DNA of 62,574 nt, counting the filler, from a bacterium (GTDB taxonomy: Bacteria > UBP15 > UBA6099 > JAJRTR01), in NCBI GenBank assembly GCA_024278215.1. It is 5 parts of 5 records of this genome, joined end to end, with 100 filler letters (N's around TTAATTAATTAA, not from the genome) between each part and the next. Parts side by side here need not be neighbours in the genome. Positions count along the whole stretch, not along the records: positions 36,449 to 56,329 come from JAJRTR010000193.1; positions 56,430 to 62,574 come from JAJRTR010000203.1; 3 more parts are not named here. One strand, written 5' to 3'. A program made the position numbers and the translations under genes. Below the pieces are notes generated by a model that did no database searches, was not told where the DNA came from, and was given only the letters and a program-made list of their open reading frames with translations. This document shows, piece by piece, positions 48,745-59,500 of the stretch. Each line of letters starts with the position of its first letter. Position 1 is the stretch's first letter.

Positions 48745-49896
48745 TTATTTCCATACACCGGGTATGCTGTTGCCACATGAGGCGCAACGGCCGTCTTTGA
48801 GGTTATTTTTTGTGATCCTGTAGCCATATCTGCCGATGACGACATTGCCGCATTTCGGGCAGTATGTGCTCTCGGCCGGGTGGCCGGGCACGTTGCCGAT
48901 ATAAACATAATTCATGCCGTGTTCCATGCAGATATTCCGTGCTGTTTCGAGCATGCTAAGAGGTGTGGGCTGGAGGTTTTTCAACTTGTATGTGGGGTGG
49001 AAGCGGCTGAAGTGAAGGGGCACATCGGGCCCGACATTTTCCATCAGCCAGTCGGCCATTTCCCTGATCTCGCCGGGTTCGCCGTTGAGTGTCGGCACAA
49101 GCAGGTATACGAGTTCGAACCATATTCCCACATCTTTGAGCAATATAAGAGTATTCTTCACCGGTTCGAGGTGTCCGAGGCATGTTTTTGCATAATATTC
49201 TTCCGTGTGGGCCTTGTAATCGATCTTCACGGCATCGAGCACTTTGCACAGAGCGCGCATTGGCTCCGGATTGATGTAGCCGTTGGAGATCATCACGCTG
49301 CGCACGCCCTCGCGTCTGCCCGCCACGGCGCAATCGTACATATATTTGTAGAATACCACCGGTTCGCCGTAAGTGTAGGCGATAGATTCGCTGCCGCTGC
49401 GGACAGCGTAGCCGGCGAGGGCGTCGGGTGTGAGATCGTAGCCACGGACCTGTTCGGGTCTGACCTGAGAAATCTGCCAGTTCTGGCAGAACTTGCAGTC
49501 GAAGTTGCAGCCGGCCTCGGAGATCGAGAGCGCTTTCGTGCCGGGCAGGTAGTGGAACAGAGGTTTCTTCTCGATAGGGTCGACATTTGCCGAGCAGGGA
49601 TGACCGTATGCGAGAGTGTAGTAGGTGCCGCCGTGGTTTTCCTTATTGCCGCAGAAACCGCGCTCGGTGTCGCCGACACGGCACTTTTTCGGGCAGATTT
49701 TACATTGGATCATTTTGTTGTCGAGTTTATCGTAGTAGGGCACTTCCACAAGGGCTGTGTCGGAGCTGTCCGCCTGACGAGCCTGTGCGACCGGGGAAAA
49801 AACAGATGCGGCGAGCGAGCCCGCGCAGGCTGCAAACGGGAGCGCGGCACCTGCCTTGATGCCGCCACTGATGATGGCTCTTCTGCTGAACTTCAT
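48745..49896 (-). CDS. amrS: AmmeMemoRadiSam-type radical SAM enzyme with Tat-like leader
   Basis: CKICPKKC, DPIEKKPLFH, GCNFDCKFCQNWQISQ, PLHFSRFHP, YVYIGN; N-terminal SRRAII. Confidence 0.92.
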   Translation of the reverse strand: MKFSRRAIISGGIKAGAALPFAACAGSLAASVFSPVAQARQADSSDTALVEVPYYDKLDNKMIQCKICPKKCRVGDTERGFCGNKENHGGTYYTLAYGHPCSANVDPIEKKPLFHYLPGTKALSISEAGCNFDCKFCQNWQISQVRPEQVRGYDLTPDALAGYAVRSGSESIAYTYGEPVVFYKYMYDCAVAGRREGVRSVMISNGYINPEPMRALCKVLDAVKIDYKAHTEEYYAKTCLGHLEPVKNTLILLKDVGIWFELVYLLVPTLNGEPGEIREMADWLMENVGPDVPLHFSRFHPTYKLKNLQPTPLSMLETARNICMEHGMNYVYIGNVPGHPAESTYCPKCGNVVIGRYGYRITKNNLKDGRCASCGNSIPGVWK

Positions 49897-49915
49897 ATTG
49901 ATCCACTTCTTCCTA

Positions 49916-50025
49916 ACCCGGCAAAGCCGGAACCAAACAGGCCGCATTTTCGTGCCCAAACAAATGCGGTTTGAGCACGGCACACGCACGGTCTACGGTT
50001 TGAGTACGGCACACAGAGTTTCATC
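49916..50025. repeat. Composite REP-like repeat (family B)
   Basis: ACCCGGCAAAGCCGGAACC plus a 39-bp core identical to 21707-21745 plus a partial tandem duplication. Confidence 0.85.
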
Positions 50026-50294
50026 TTTCCAAAGGTCTACCTTAGGAACGCCTGTAACTGGAAGCTCCAGTTTTCACCGATCTCTTTTCAGCATTTCTTT
50101 ACCATCCTGCATAGCATTTCAGTCGTAAGATACTTTAGTGGCTGAACGAAAATCTGCTTTTCAAGATACTATTTCGAAGAGCAAGGTCATTTTACTATTT
50201 GAAAGCCACCGACAAGGTCGGTGGATGGAACGAGCCGAAGGATCGTCTGACATTACTGCCGTATTTCGTATTCGTGCGATTATTCCTGCTTTCT

Positions 50295-51362
50295 TTATAT
50301 TTCGATCAGCTCGATACTGTCCCAGTCATTAGTGCCGAGTGCCCTTGAGGGGTCGGCGGCCGAAGCGATATAGCGGGGTGGGCGGCCTTCTTCTTCGAGA
50401 GTCGGCAAACCGGCACCGGCTCTTTTTTCTTCGATTATACGCCATGCGACAGTGTCCAGCGCCACGGGGTCGGTCCCCACGATTATTCCCGAGAATTTCC
50501 AGGCATAAGCGGGTTTGTAGCCGGGTCCGGCGTGATATTGCGCCAGTGTTCCATCGCACACGATGAGCCTTGTTTTGTCTCTGAAGACAGGCATCGTGTT
50601 CAGGTCGGCCACATAGGGATCGCAGCCGTTTTCGTGAAGTTTGTTCGGGTTGTTAATGGCACCGAAGTAGTTCTTGAGAGCGCCGGAGACGCCTACAAGA
50701 TCGTGATCTTTCAACACGGGCACATTTACGATTGCATCGCTGAACACAGAAGCGATACGCGCCACGCGGGAGCCGACTTCGCCCGCGATAGTCAGGTTGT
50801 AGTCGTAGTCGAAGAAGTTCATACGCTGCTGCGCAGCGGTGTCGGTGCCGAGATACCGGATACCCGAAGCGTCGCGGCCTGCCGGGAAGCCCGCCCTGCG
50901 AAGTTCCCTGTTTGTGCGGTCCCAGCCGATGATGTTGCCGGGTTTTACACCGGCGGCCACAGCGCCTGCCGCGATTGCGCCTGCCAGTGCGGGAGTAGAT
51001 GAAAGTTTTTTACCGGCGATGCAGTTGAGTTTCATGGATACTCTTTCGCCGGGGCTGAAGAAAAGCGACCATGCCGCGTGGTCGTCGTCTTTTCCCGTGA
51101 ACTTGCGGACAGCGCGGAAAAGCAACTTTTTAACTTTATCGAGGTCGAGCTGCGCGCCGCTCCATATACCGGCGTCGCGTGCGACGACAATACGGGAAAT
51201 GCCTTTCGACGGGCTGTCGACTGAAGGGGAGGGGCGTGATTTGTACATCTTGGGCGCGCTTTCTGCGCATGAAGGGCCGAGCGCGGATAAACCCGCGAGA
51301 CCCGCCGCTGCGCCTGCCGCCTTGCGGAAGAAATCACGTCTGCTGTTCTTGTTGTCTTTCAT
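50295..51362 (-). CDS. DUF362 domain protein with Tat signal
   Basis: SRRDFF leader; MKLN, VNVPVLKDH..GVSGALKNYFG, DPVALD. Confidence 0.88.
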   Translation of the reverse strand: MKDNKNSRRDFFRKAAGAAAGLAGLSALGPSCAESAPKMYKSRPSPSVDSPSKGISRIVVARDAGIWSGAQLDLDKVKKLLFRAVRKFTGKDDDHAAWSLFFSPGERVSMKLNCIAGKKLSSTPALAGAIAAGAVAAGVKPGNIIGWDRTNRELRRAGFPAGRDASGIRYLGTDTAAQQRMNFFDYDYNLTIAGEVGSRVARIASVFSDAIVNVPVLKDHDLVGVSGALKNYFGAINNPNKLHENGCDPYVADLNTMPVFRDKTRLIVCDGTLAQYHAGPGYKPAYAWKFSGIIVGTDPVALDTVAWRIIEEKRAGAGLPTLEEEGRPPRYIASAADPSRALGTNDWDSIELIEI

Positions 51363-51475
51363 AGCTGTTTATGAGATATGTGCCGAAAAAGTTACACTTT
51401 CACGCTGGTTGCACAATTCTGGTTCCGCTGTGGTTCTTGTTGTTATAGCAGAACAAGAGTCTGCCGGACAGCCGA

Positions 51476-53191
51476 TTATTTCAGGTCAGATTCACCCAGG
51501 ATTTTTTTCAATTTTTGAAAAATATCAGGCGGAATCGTCAGTGAGATTTGCTTCTTTCTTGCCTCTTTTCTGAGATAACGGGCCATATCAGCGAGGTTTG
51601 CATTATCCGGTTCAATAATCATGGCACGCAAAATGGCGTTGTAAGCTTCCTGGAACATTTCCTCACTTTGATAGATAGCAGCGAGATTCATCAGAGGAGA
51701 AATGCTGTCAGGATTGCTTTTCACCGCCTTTTCCAGAGTGTCGACAGCCGCCCGGGTTTTTCCGAGGTGTTTGTACTGTGCGCCTGCAAGATTCATGAGA
51801 GCGTGGAGGTTGCCGGGGTCTACGGCAATCGCTTTATTGAAATAAGAAACGGAGGTTTCGTAATCGCCCTGTTCGTAGTAGGCAAAGCCGAGGTTGCTGA
51901 GTGATGTGGGATTGTCGGGTTCCTCCGCGACGGCCGCCTGCCAGAGAGAGAAGTTGCTGTGCCAGTCCGCCACCCGTCGCACCGTCCTGTATCCAAGCAG
52001 CGAAAGTGCGATGAAAAAAAGAATACAGACAGCAACGACACCACGCCTGCCCGCTTTCAGTGCCGTGCGCGCGAGCAGCACGGCGACGAAACCGAAGAGA
52101 CCGACTGAGGACAGATAGAAATATCTGTCGGCGATAAGCTTCTGAGCCGGGATAATATTCATCACGGGCAGCAGGTTTATAATGAACCATGCGGCGAACC
52201 AGCACAAAAGTTTGTCTTTTTCAGCCAGCCTTGCCAACAGCCATACAAGACCTGTCCAGAACACGATTGACAGCAGAACGATGGGGCTGAACAGTGAGTG
52301 TTCGATATGTGTCAGATAGTCCGCAGTGAGATGCGCGGGAAAGAAAGCTTTAGCGAGATAGAGAAGCGGAATTTTCGAGATGGTGAGAATGTGAGAAAAA
52401 AGCGAACCGCCGAACAGGCCGTTTATTATGTTGTGTTGTTTGGAAAGAAGCAGGTCGACGGCGGTAACGAGTGCACCGACAATGAAGAATGGAAGCACCC
52501 GTTCGAGCCTCTTTTTCGCGGTTCCCTGGCCGGGGCCCGGTTCGAGCAGCCACTCGGAAGCGAGAATCAGCAGAGGAAACGCCACTACCGACGCCTTTGA
52601 CAGAGCCGCCGCCAGAAAGAGCAGGAGCGAAGCGAGCAATGTAAAATCCGAGCCCTTGCGGGCAGGGTGCGAATAGCTCTTGAAGTAGCACAGAAAAGAA
52701 GACAGGGCGAAAAACACCGCCAGAAGGTCTTTGCGCCCGGCTATCCATGCTACCGACTCGACTTGCAGCGGATGCACTCCGAACAGAAGCGATGCCGCTC
52801 CCGCGCTGAAAGCCGCGGTGACGCTGTCTGCTCCGTTTCGCCGCGCCATACGGTGTACGAGCAAAGCGACAAGAAATACACTGAGAAGATGAATAATAAG
52901 GTTTGTCAGGTGGAAGCCGAAAGGATTCAGCCCCCAGATTGAATAATCGATGGAATAGGAAATGAATCTTACCGGCAGATAGTTGCTGTAGCCGTCGAAA
53001 GAGATGATCCTTAAAAAATGCGAAAGCGTCATCCTGGAAACGAGCGGGTGGTTGAGGACAAGCAGGCTGTCGTCGTAGACAAACCCGCCTGCGAGAGCAC
53101 CCGCGAAAACCGCCGCGGTCACAAGCGCCACCCCTGCGCCGACAAGATACGCTGTTCGTGTCGATTTCATATTTTCCCGGTTTGTATTCAT
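51476..53191 (-). CDS. TMTC-like GT-C glycosyltransferase with C-terminal TPRs
   Basis: FVYDD, YLPV, GFHLTNL.IH, HPLQVESVAWIAGRKD, LSKAS, ADRYFYL, TPRs. Confidence 0.85.
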   Translation of the reverse strand: MNTNRENMKSTRTAYLVGAGVALVTAAVFAGALAGGFVYDDSLLVLNHPLVSRMTLSHFLRIISFDGYSNYLPVRFISYSIDYSIWGLNPFGFHLTNLIIHLLSVFLVALLVHRMARRNGADSVTAAFSAGAASLLFGVHPLQVESVAWIAGRKDLLAVFFALSSFLCYFKSYSHPARKGSDFTLLASLLLFLAAALSKASVVAFPLLILASEWLLEPGPGQGTAKKRLERVLPFFIVGALVTAVDLLLSKQHNIINGLFGGSLFSHILTISKIPLLYLAKAFFPAHLTADYLTHIEHSLFSPIVLLSIVFWTGLVWLLARLAEKDKLLCWFAAWFIINLLPVMNIIPAQKLIADRYFYLSSVGLFGFVAVLLARTALKAGRRGVVAVCILFFIALSLLGYRTVRRVADWHSNFSLWQAAVAEEPDNPTSLSNLGFAYYEQGDYETSVSYFNKAIAVDPGNLHALMNLAGAQYKHLGKTRAAVDTLEKAVKSNPDSISPLMNLAAIYQSEEMFQEAYNAILRAMIIEPDNANLADMARYLRKEARKKQISLTIPPDIFQKLKKILGESDLK

Positions 53192-53295
53192 TTATCTAAA
53201 TTATACTTCCCAAATTCTGAAAATCCAATTGTGTGAAAGATGAAAAAAAATGCTTTTCATGCAAAGTTGCCGCATACCCTTTACCCGTTTCGTGT

Positions 53296-53325
53296 TTGAC
53301 AGTCAATAAACACCTGTCGTATAAT
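53296..53325 (+). promoter_or_regulatory. Consensus sigma70 promoter of the pilin gene
   Basis: TTGACA-18 bp-TATAAT; -35 overlapped by palindrome TTGAC-A-GTCAA. Confidence 0.7.
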
Positions 53326-53506
53326 GTATATGTGGAAATATCACTTCATACAAGCAGAATAATCATCATCAGTCCGGACAGCAGAATCATCATTAGTTAT
53401 AGTTTGTAATTGAGCGAATCAGGGAAAGTAATTGTAAAAAGCCCGTGGTACTTCAGGCACTTCAGGACCAGATGAAACATAACAGATCTGCTAATTGGAG
53501 AAAACG

Positions 53507-54316
53507 ATGAAATCAATAAAGAAACAGAGCGGACTTACTCTGATCGAGATGCTTATAGTTCTTGCAATAATCGCTTTATTGGCCAGTCTGGCCACCCCCA
53601 ATTATTTCAGATTCCGGGCACGGCAGAGGGTGCGCGGCGCCATACGAACGGTGATCGAGATGAAGAAGGCCCTCAATGACATGTCTGCTGAATGCAAGGG
53701 CATGCCTGTACGGGGCGATGTTACCGATGAGAATAACTTTTTGCAGATGATAGATAAGCAGGAATGCAACGCGGGCGTGGGCGCCAACGATTCCTATATG
53801 TATATATGGAAGTCGAATACGGGAACGGCAAAGAAACCGTGTGTGGGAACTTCTATGGGCAAACAGTTGGGTGTAGAAAGCACAGGCGGCGTGAACGCAT
53901 TCTGCCAGCCGGCGTGTGTGTATGGATCGTCAGGTTGCGGCGCGTCTATTGGAATGATGAGCTATGAATTATTCACGGAAGTGCCCGGAGACCCATGTAC
54001 ACCTAATTATCCCTCTTTTGGCGGAGGCTCACCCGGCTGGAACTATAACTTGCTAACAGGCGCACCGACCGAAAAACCCGTTGGTGTTCTGTGCGCAATT
54101 TCAGCAGGTTATAGAACACCTGTAAAGATCATTATCAACACGGGTGGTTATTATAACGGCACAGCTGTCAGAGAGGGATCGGGCGTCTACGACATAAACG
54201 GTTCCATCCTGCCGAATCAGTGTCCTTGTGGACCATGGTGTGAGAATATGGCAACAGGCGAAAAGGGATGCTGCACCTCTTGCTGGGATGAGCCCGGAAT
54301 AGGTTACAGATATTGA
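53507..54316 (+). CDS. Cys-rich type IV pilin
   Basis: SG|LTLIEMLIVLAIIALLASLATPNY prepilin N-terminus; 14 Cys. Confidence 0.88.
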   Translation: MKSIKKQSGLTLIEMLIVLAIIALLASLATPNYFRFRARQRVRGAIRTVIEMKKALNDMSAECKGMPVRGDVTDENNFLQMIDKQECNAGVGANDSYMYIWKSNTGTAKKPCVGTSMGKQLGVESTGGVNAFCQPACVYGSSGCGASIGMMSYELFTEVPGDPCTPNYPSFGGGSPGWNYNLLTGAPTEKPVGVLCAISAGYRTPVKIIINTGGYYNGTAVREGSGVYDINGSILPNQCPCGPWCENMATGEKGCCTSCWDEPGIGYRY

Positions 54317-54505
54317 TTCTACACGGGCAAGCCGTTGATTCCTGCATCAGACGCTGTCGATAAACTACGGGCATTCTTCCGGTTTTCCGAATTTCTCACA
54401 AAAAAAATCCGGGTTTGATGGTTGCAACGAGAAGAATAGAGTGTTGAGAACGACAGTGTATTCGCTCTTTGCATTCCGTGTCGGATGGGAACGAACAAGA
54501 ACTTC

Positions 54506-54892
54506 CTACGATACAGGGGGTGGATACGGTTTATCCCACAACATGATGAATTTTTTTCCGTTTCTGAGTTCCCCTCTGAGTTTCTCCATGTGACGAAGAG
54601 TGGCAATAGCATTTTCAAGTTCATGGCGACATAACCCTGTCATCGACGCCAGCTCTTCCTGCCCGACCCCGCCTGTCTTTTCGAGAATCTCAATGATTTT
54701 GGCTTGACTGTCTGTCAATTCCACTTCATCGCGGCTGTTGTTGACAAAGGATTTTGCTGTATATACAGCCCAGGGATCGCACGCCCGGGCCGGCGCCACT
54801 GCGTCCAGATAGCAGTCTTCACACAAAACCCTGCCGTGATGATTCATTTCCTCGTCTTCCTCAATATCGACACCACAGCTTTCGCATTTCAT
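54506..54892 (-). CDS. Zinc-finger plus winged-HTH hypothetical protein
   Basis: CESC...LCEDCY, CDPWAVY, ATLRHMEK; GGAGG RBS. Confidence 0.75.
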   Translation of the reverse strand: MKCESCGVDIEEDEEMNHHGRVLCEDCYLDAVAPARACDPWAVYTAKSFVNNSRDEVELTDSQAKIIEILEKTGGVGQEELASMTGLCRHELENAIATLRHMEKLRGELRNGKKFIMLWDKPYPPPVS

Positions 54893-54999
54893 GTCGGTGA
54901 ACCTCCCTCATACATACAGTATAACCACCTCCGACCACCCTTCAAATCGTCCGGAACGGCTGATTCTCTGTATCCACCCCGGGAACCTGATTTTTTTAT

Positions 55000-55091
55000 C
55001 GTTCCGGGGCTACGACCCGGAACGTATGTAAACAGGCCACTTTTTCGTGCCCAAACAAAAGCGGTTTGAGCACGGCACACAGAGTTTTATC
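55000..55091. repeat. Composite REP-like repeat (family B, modules in swapped order)
   Basis: CGTTCCGGGGCTACGACCCGGAACG followed by the 39-bp core at 55042-55080. Confidence 0.85.
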
Positions 55092-55180
55092 TGCTGAACC
55101 CCAATACTGTTTACTTAAGGTCATGCCCAGCCACAGGCGTCTCGCCTGTGAAAATCGAAAGATGCGTTGTAGTGTTAGGT

Positions 55181-56146
55181 CTAATCTTCGATCTCGAAAA
55201 TCGTATCCAGTTTTGTGGTTTTGAATATGTCTCTGACATGGGGATTCATCCTGGAGAGCTTGAAAGTCCTTTTTTTCGATTTAAGCTTTTTCCTGATGTT
55301 GTTGAGGACGCCGAGCGCGAACGAGTCGATAAAATCGCACTGGGCGAGGTCCAGTTCGAGAGGATCGGTGGAGGTGGAGATAACGCCTTCGACATAGCCG
55401 CGAAAAATCTGGCTGTTCTCGGAATTGAGTTCTCCCTTTACGTGAATGACGATCCTGCCAAGAGGCGCGGAGGTAGTGAGGCCGATGTCGGAAAGTTTTC
55501 TCGAATGTGGCGAACGCGGTTGAAGCGCGGGCACGGGCCTGGCCGGTGCGCTGGGGTCGGTTTCGCGTTTTGTTTCGGCTCTTTTAATGTTCTCGATGGC
55601 AACATTTGCCGCCCACTTTATGTCCGGATCTGAATTGTTCATGACTTCGAGCAGCGGTTCGACAGCTCTCGGATCGCCTATGTTGCCCAGTGTGTGGATA
55701 GCGCGCCATTTCATTTCCCAGTCGTCCATTTTCAGCACGGTGATGAGAGGTTCCACAGCGCGCGGCGACCGAATCTTCTGCAGAGAGCGTATCACTTCGA
55801 TGAGGACATCCTTGTCTGTCTCGTCGAACATGAGCAGGCGGATAAGGCGGTCAGTGACATCCGAACCGCCCAGCTCACCGAGCGCCTGGATAATGTTGCG
55901 CCGCAGGTACCTGTCGGCGGTGTCGAGCCTGTTGATGAGGATGCGGACAGCGTCGTCGCCGAATTTCGCAACGGCTTTGATCGCATTCCAGCGTACTATG
56001 GCATCGGCGTCGCTGAGCGTGTCGATAATGGGGCGCAGGCCGCGGCGGTCGCCGGTCGAGCCGAGCTCATCGACCACACTCGCCTTGATGATTCCACGGT
56101 CGGTCGAGTTCAGTTTTTTTATTAGTACTTCAACTCTGTCGGACAT
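55181..56146 (-). CDS. HEAT-repeat protein with C-terminal STAS (anti-sigma antagonist) domain
   Basis: HEAT/PBS repeats (VRWNAIKA, RAVEPL); VKGELN, LDLAQCDFIDSFALG. Confidence 0.85.
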   Translation of the reverse strand: MSDRVEVLIKKLNSTDRGIIKASVVDELGSTGDRRGLRPIIDTLSDADAIVRWNAIKAVAKFGDDAVRILINRLDTADRYLRRNIIQALGELGGSDVTDRLIRLLMFDETDKDVLIEVIRSLQKIRSPRAVEPLITVLKMDDWEMKWRAIHTLGNIGDPRAVEPLLEVMNNSDPDIKWAANVAIENIKRAETKRETDPSAPARPVPALQPRSPHSRKLSDIGLTTSAPLGRIVIHVKGELNSENSQIFRGYVEGVISTSTDPLELDLAQCDFIDSFALGVLNNIRKKLKSKKRTFKLSRMNPHVRDIFKTTKLDTIFEIED

Positions 56147-56167
56147 CTTTATTGTGCCTTTCTATAA

Positions 56168-56329
56168 GAGCCGATTACAAGATTCTGATTCTGCTGCGGT
56201 CGGCTGCTATTGTCCATAGCTGCGTTGTCAGCGCAAAATCATCCTCGACGTACTCTGCAAGTACGCCTGCGAGGATTTTACACCTTCGCCTTGCTCTGAA
56301 CAATTTCGCTCGACCTCGCTACGAACATA
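56168..56329 (-). mobile_element. Family A MITE copy 4, truncated by contig end
   Basis: Highly similar to 22869-23030; the assembly breaks inside the repeat. Confidence 0.9.
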
Positions 56330-56524
56330 NNNNNNNNNNNNNNNNNNNNNNNNNNNNNNNNNNNNNNNNNNNNTTAATTAATTAANNNNNNNNNNNNNNN
56401 NNNNNNNNNNNNNNNNNNNNNNNNNNNNNTAGTTTTCTCCGCGTCGGCGAGCAACGTATCCTACGGCGGATACAGCGCTGGAGCTCTGGAGACATCGGGA
56501 ACGTATGGCGACGGCCTTCTCGAA

Positions 56525-59500
56525 TTGAACACAATAGAGTTGAAAAGCGGCGGCGGCTCGGCAAGGGGGCTGGGAAAAGTCATCATAGGCACCGGCGGTT
56601 TCGAGAGATACGAGTTTGCCGGAGAACTCGATAGATTTTCAGCAGCCGACATCATAGAAATGGCGGGTCTTGAAAATACGCAGGGGATCGACGGAGCGGT
56701 GTCCGGCTATATTTCAGTATTCACGGGTGAGGACGGGTCGCCGACAGTTGTAGGCTCGCTGCGGGCGGTCGATATCGAAGGAACGGCGCTGGACGGTTGC
56801 AGCGCTATCGCCGGTTTCAATTACACGGGCAACACCCTGAATATCGAGAATTTCGTAATGAGCGGCACGAATAAAGATGTGGTAGCACGCGGCACAATCG
56901 ACGAAGGAGGCCGGATGGACATAGCAATCGACGGCGGCCTCGCTCCTGTGAAAACCCTGCTCACGCTCGCCGGCAGAAGCGATCTGGAGGCTTCGGGCAC
57001 TATCCGCTTCAACGGCGAGATTTCAGGCAAAGTTTCCGACCCCGTTCTTACGGCAACTTTCGAAAGTGACGCCGTGCAGGTAAGTTCATTTGCGGCGGAC
57101 CGTGTGGCGGGTGAACTCTCCTACGCGTCGAACAGGCTGACGCTCGAGGACATCTCGCTGTTCAACGGCAGCGACCGCCACGAACTCGCGGGCAATATCG
57201 ATTTTGAAAAGCGGACACTCGCCATGTCCGTCAACATGGACGACTCTTCCATCAAAAACATGTCGCAGCTTGTGTGTGACGCATTGCGGCTCGATGTCGA
57301 GCTGCCCGAAGACCTCGACGGCCGGTTCGACGCGCAATTGCTTGTCACAGGTTCTTTTGACAAGCCGCTCGCCGCTCTTTCGCTCGAAGCCCGCGACATT
57401 ACCGCCTTCGGCGAGAATATCGATTCCGTTTCGGCGTTCATAGATTATTCCGATATCGTAAGCATACGTGAAGGAACAGTGATAAAGGCCGCGAGCACAA
57501 CTATCGCCGTGTCGGGAAGCGCAGGTCCCGACGGGCTCGATATCCGGATAAATGCGCCGGGCATCAGAATGGAAAACATCAGGCGCCTCGAACCTTACCG
57601 GCTTGCCGGTTTGCTGGATGTGAACATATTAATAAGTGGAACACCCGATTCGCCGGAGATAGACGCCGGGGCGTCATCGGGGCGGTTGACGTTTCGCGAC
57701 ACAGCCTTCGTCCTCGAGGAAACCCGCGTCAATTATAAAGAAGAGTTCCTGACGGCGAAAAGAATACCGATAACCCGCGGCGACGAAAAATATATATTAA
57801 GATTCGTATACGACATGGCGGCCTCGAGTGTCGACATAGCGGGACAACTCGAACACGCCGCGATGAAAACATTCGCCGGTTTTCTCCCGTATAAAATCCC
57901 CGAGGGCACAGGCGGCGTTCTTGACGGCAGGTTCAGACTCTACTACATTGCCGACGAGATGTCGGGCGCGGTGATAATGAACGGAAAAGACCTTTCCATA
58001 GGTACATACCCGGTCAGCAAGCTCGCCCTGGACGGTTCGTTCAACGGCAACATTCTGACGATAAACAACTTCGAGGCTCTGAACGATGTGTCAACAGTCA
58101 CGGCGGACGGAACCCTGGACCTGCGCGAGAAATCCGCGGTGAAGATGAATATAAACGCAAGCGGCATTGAGCTGTCGAGGCTGAGCGAGATGGGGCTGGT
58201 CGGGGCGCAGATTGATGGTTTCGCCGACATTGTCATCGAGATGATCACGGAGAACGGCGAGCAGCTGACACTCGGCTCTTTCGATGCCTACGACCCCACT
58301 TTCGCAGGTATCGCTTTCGACCGCGGCAGGGGACGCTTCGAATATAACGGCAACATATTAAAACTCATCGATCTTCAGTTCCTGTCCGGCGGAGACCGTA
58401 TTTCAGTATCGGCGGACATACCCGTAACGGACGATGCCAAAGATAGTTTCCGGATCGTGCCGTCCGGGAAAAATGTCGATGTTTCGATCATCAATCCGCT
58501 GCTGGACAGGATCGGCCTGGAGCTTACCGGCAAAGTCGACCTGGACAATATAGTTATCGGCGGCAGCTTCGACCGGCCCCGATTCAGCGGGGAAATCAGC
58601 CTCAGCAACGGGACGGCCGTATACGAGAAACTCGAGCAGCCTGTCAAGCAGTTGAGCGGAAAAGCAGTGTTCGACGGCGACAGGCTGCTGCTCGACAACC
58701 TGTCGGGAACAGTGTCCGGCAAAAAAGCGGATGTCGCAGGCGAGATCATACTTGACGGTTTCGTGGTCGATTCCTTCAATTTCCAGCTCTCGGATATTGA
58801 TAATGTACAACTCACTTACGGAGGCATGTTCGACGGAAGGATCGACTTCAAGAACGTCGGCATAAAGGGAACAGGCAGCAGCGTCAGCTTCTACAACCCC
58901 GCGACAGGGGCGATATCCGTCAACTTCCACAACGGCACATTTACAATCCCGCAGTTAACAGACGAGCCGGAAGAAAAAAAAGCTGAATCCGCCGGCGGGC
59001 CGCCCGTGTTGCTGTTCGGCGACAAAGGAATCATTGCCAGGGTCGGCGACGGGCTCACCGTCCGCACCGGCACAAACAACCTGAGTCTCTCGCCACACGG
59101 AGAGTTGCAACTCACCGGTAGCCTCGCCGCACCGCAGGTCAGCGGCTGGCTGGTCAGCACACGGGGCTATGTCCGCGCGTTCGCAAATACTTTCAAGATG
59201 ATCGACGACACATACATCGGTTTCTATACACTGCCCGATGTCGGCGTGATCCCGATTTTCTATGCGATAGCACGCACACGCGCAGGCGGCTCGGAAATCA
59301 CAATGGAAATCTCCGGCCCGATGGTAGACCTCAATCTTGTGCCGGCATATCGCGAAATATGCGGCGACTCGAGCGAACTCGGCGGCGCGACCGGTATCGG
59401 CGTGCCCACAATGGCGCTCGGTCCGGCAGGCGAAATGACTGTTCCGATATGCCCGCGTGTGAATTTCACCGCCTACGCGGAAAACGACCCGGCCGCCACT

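Noticed and set aside
49897-49989. N-terminal extension of amrS
   Set aside because: Translation of the family B repeat; the Tat-like leader begins at 49896
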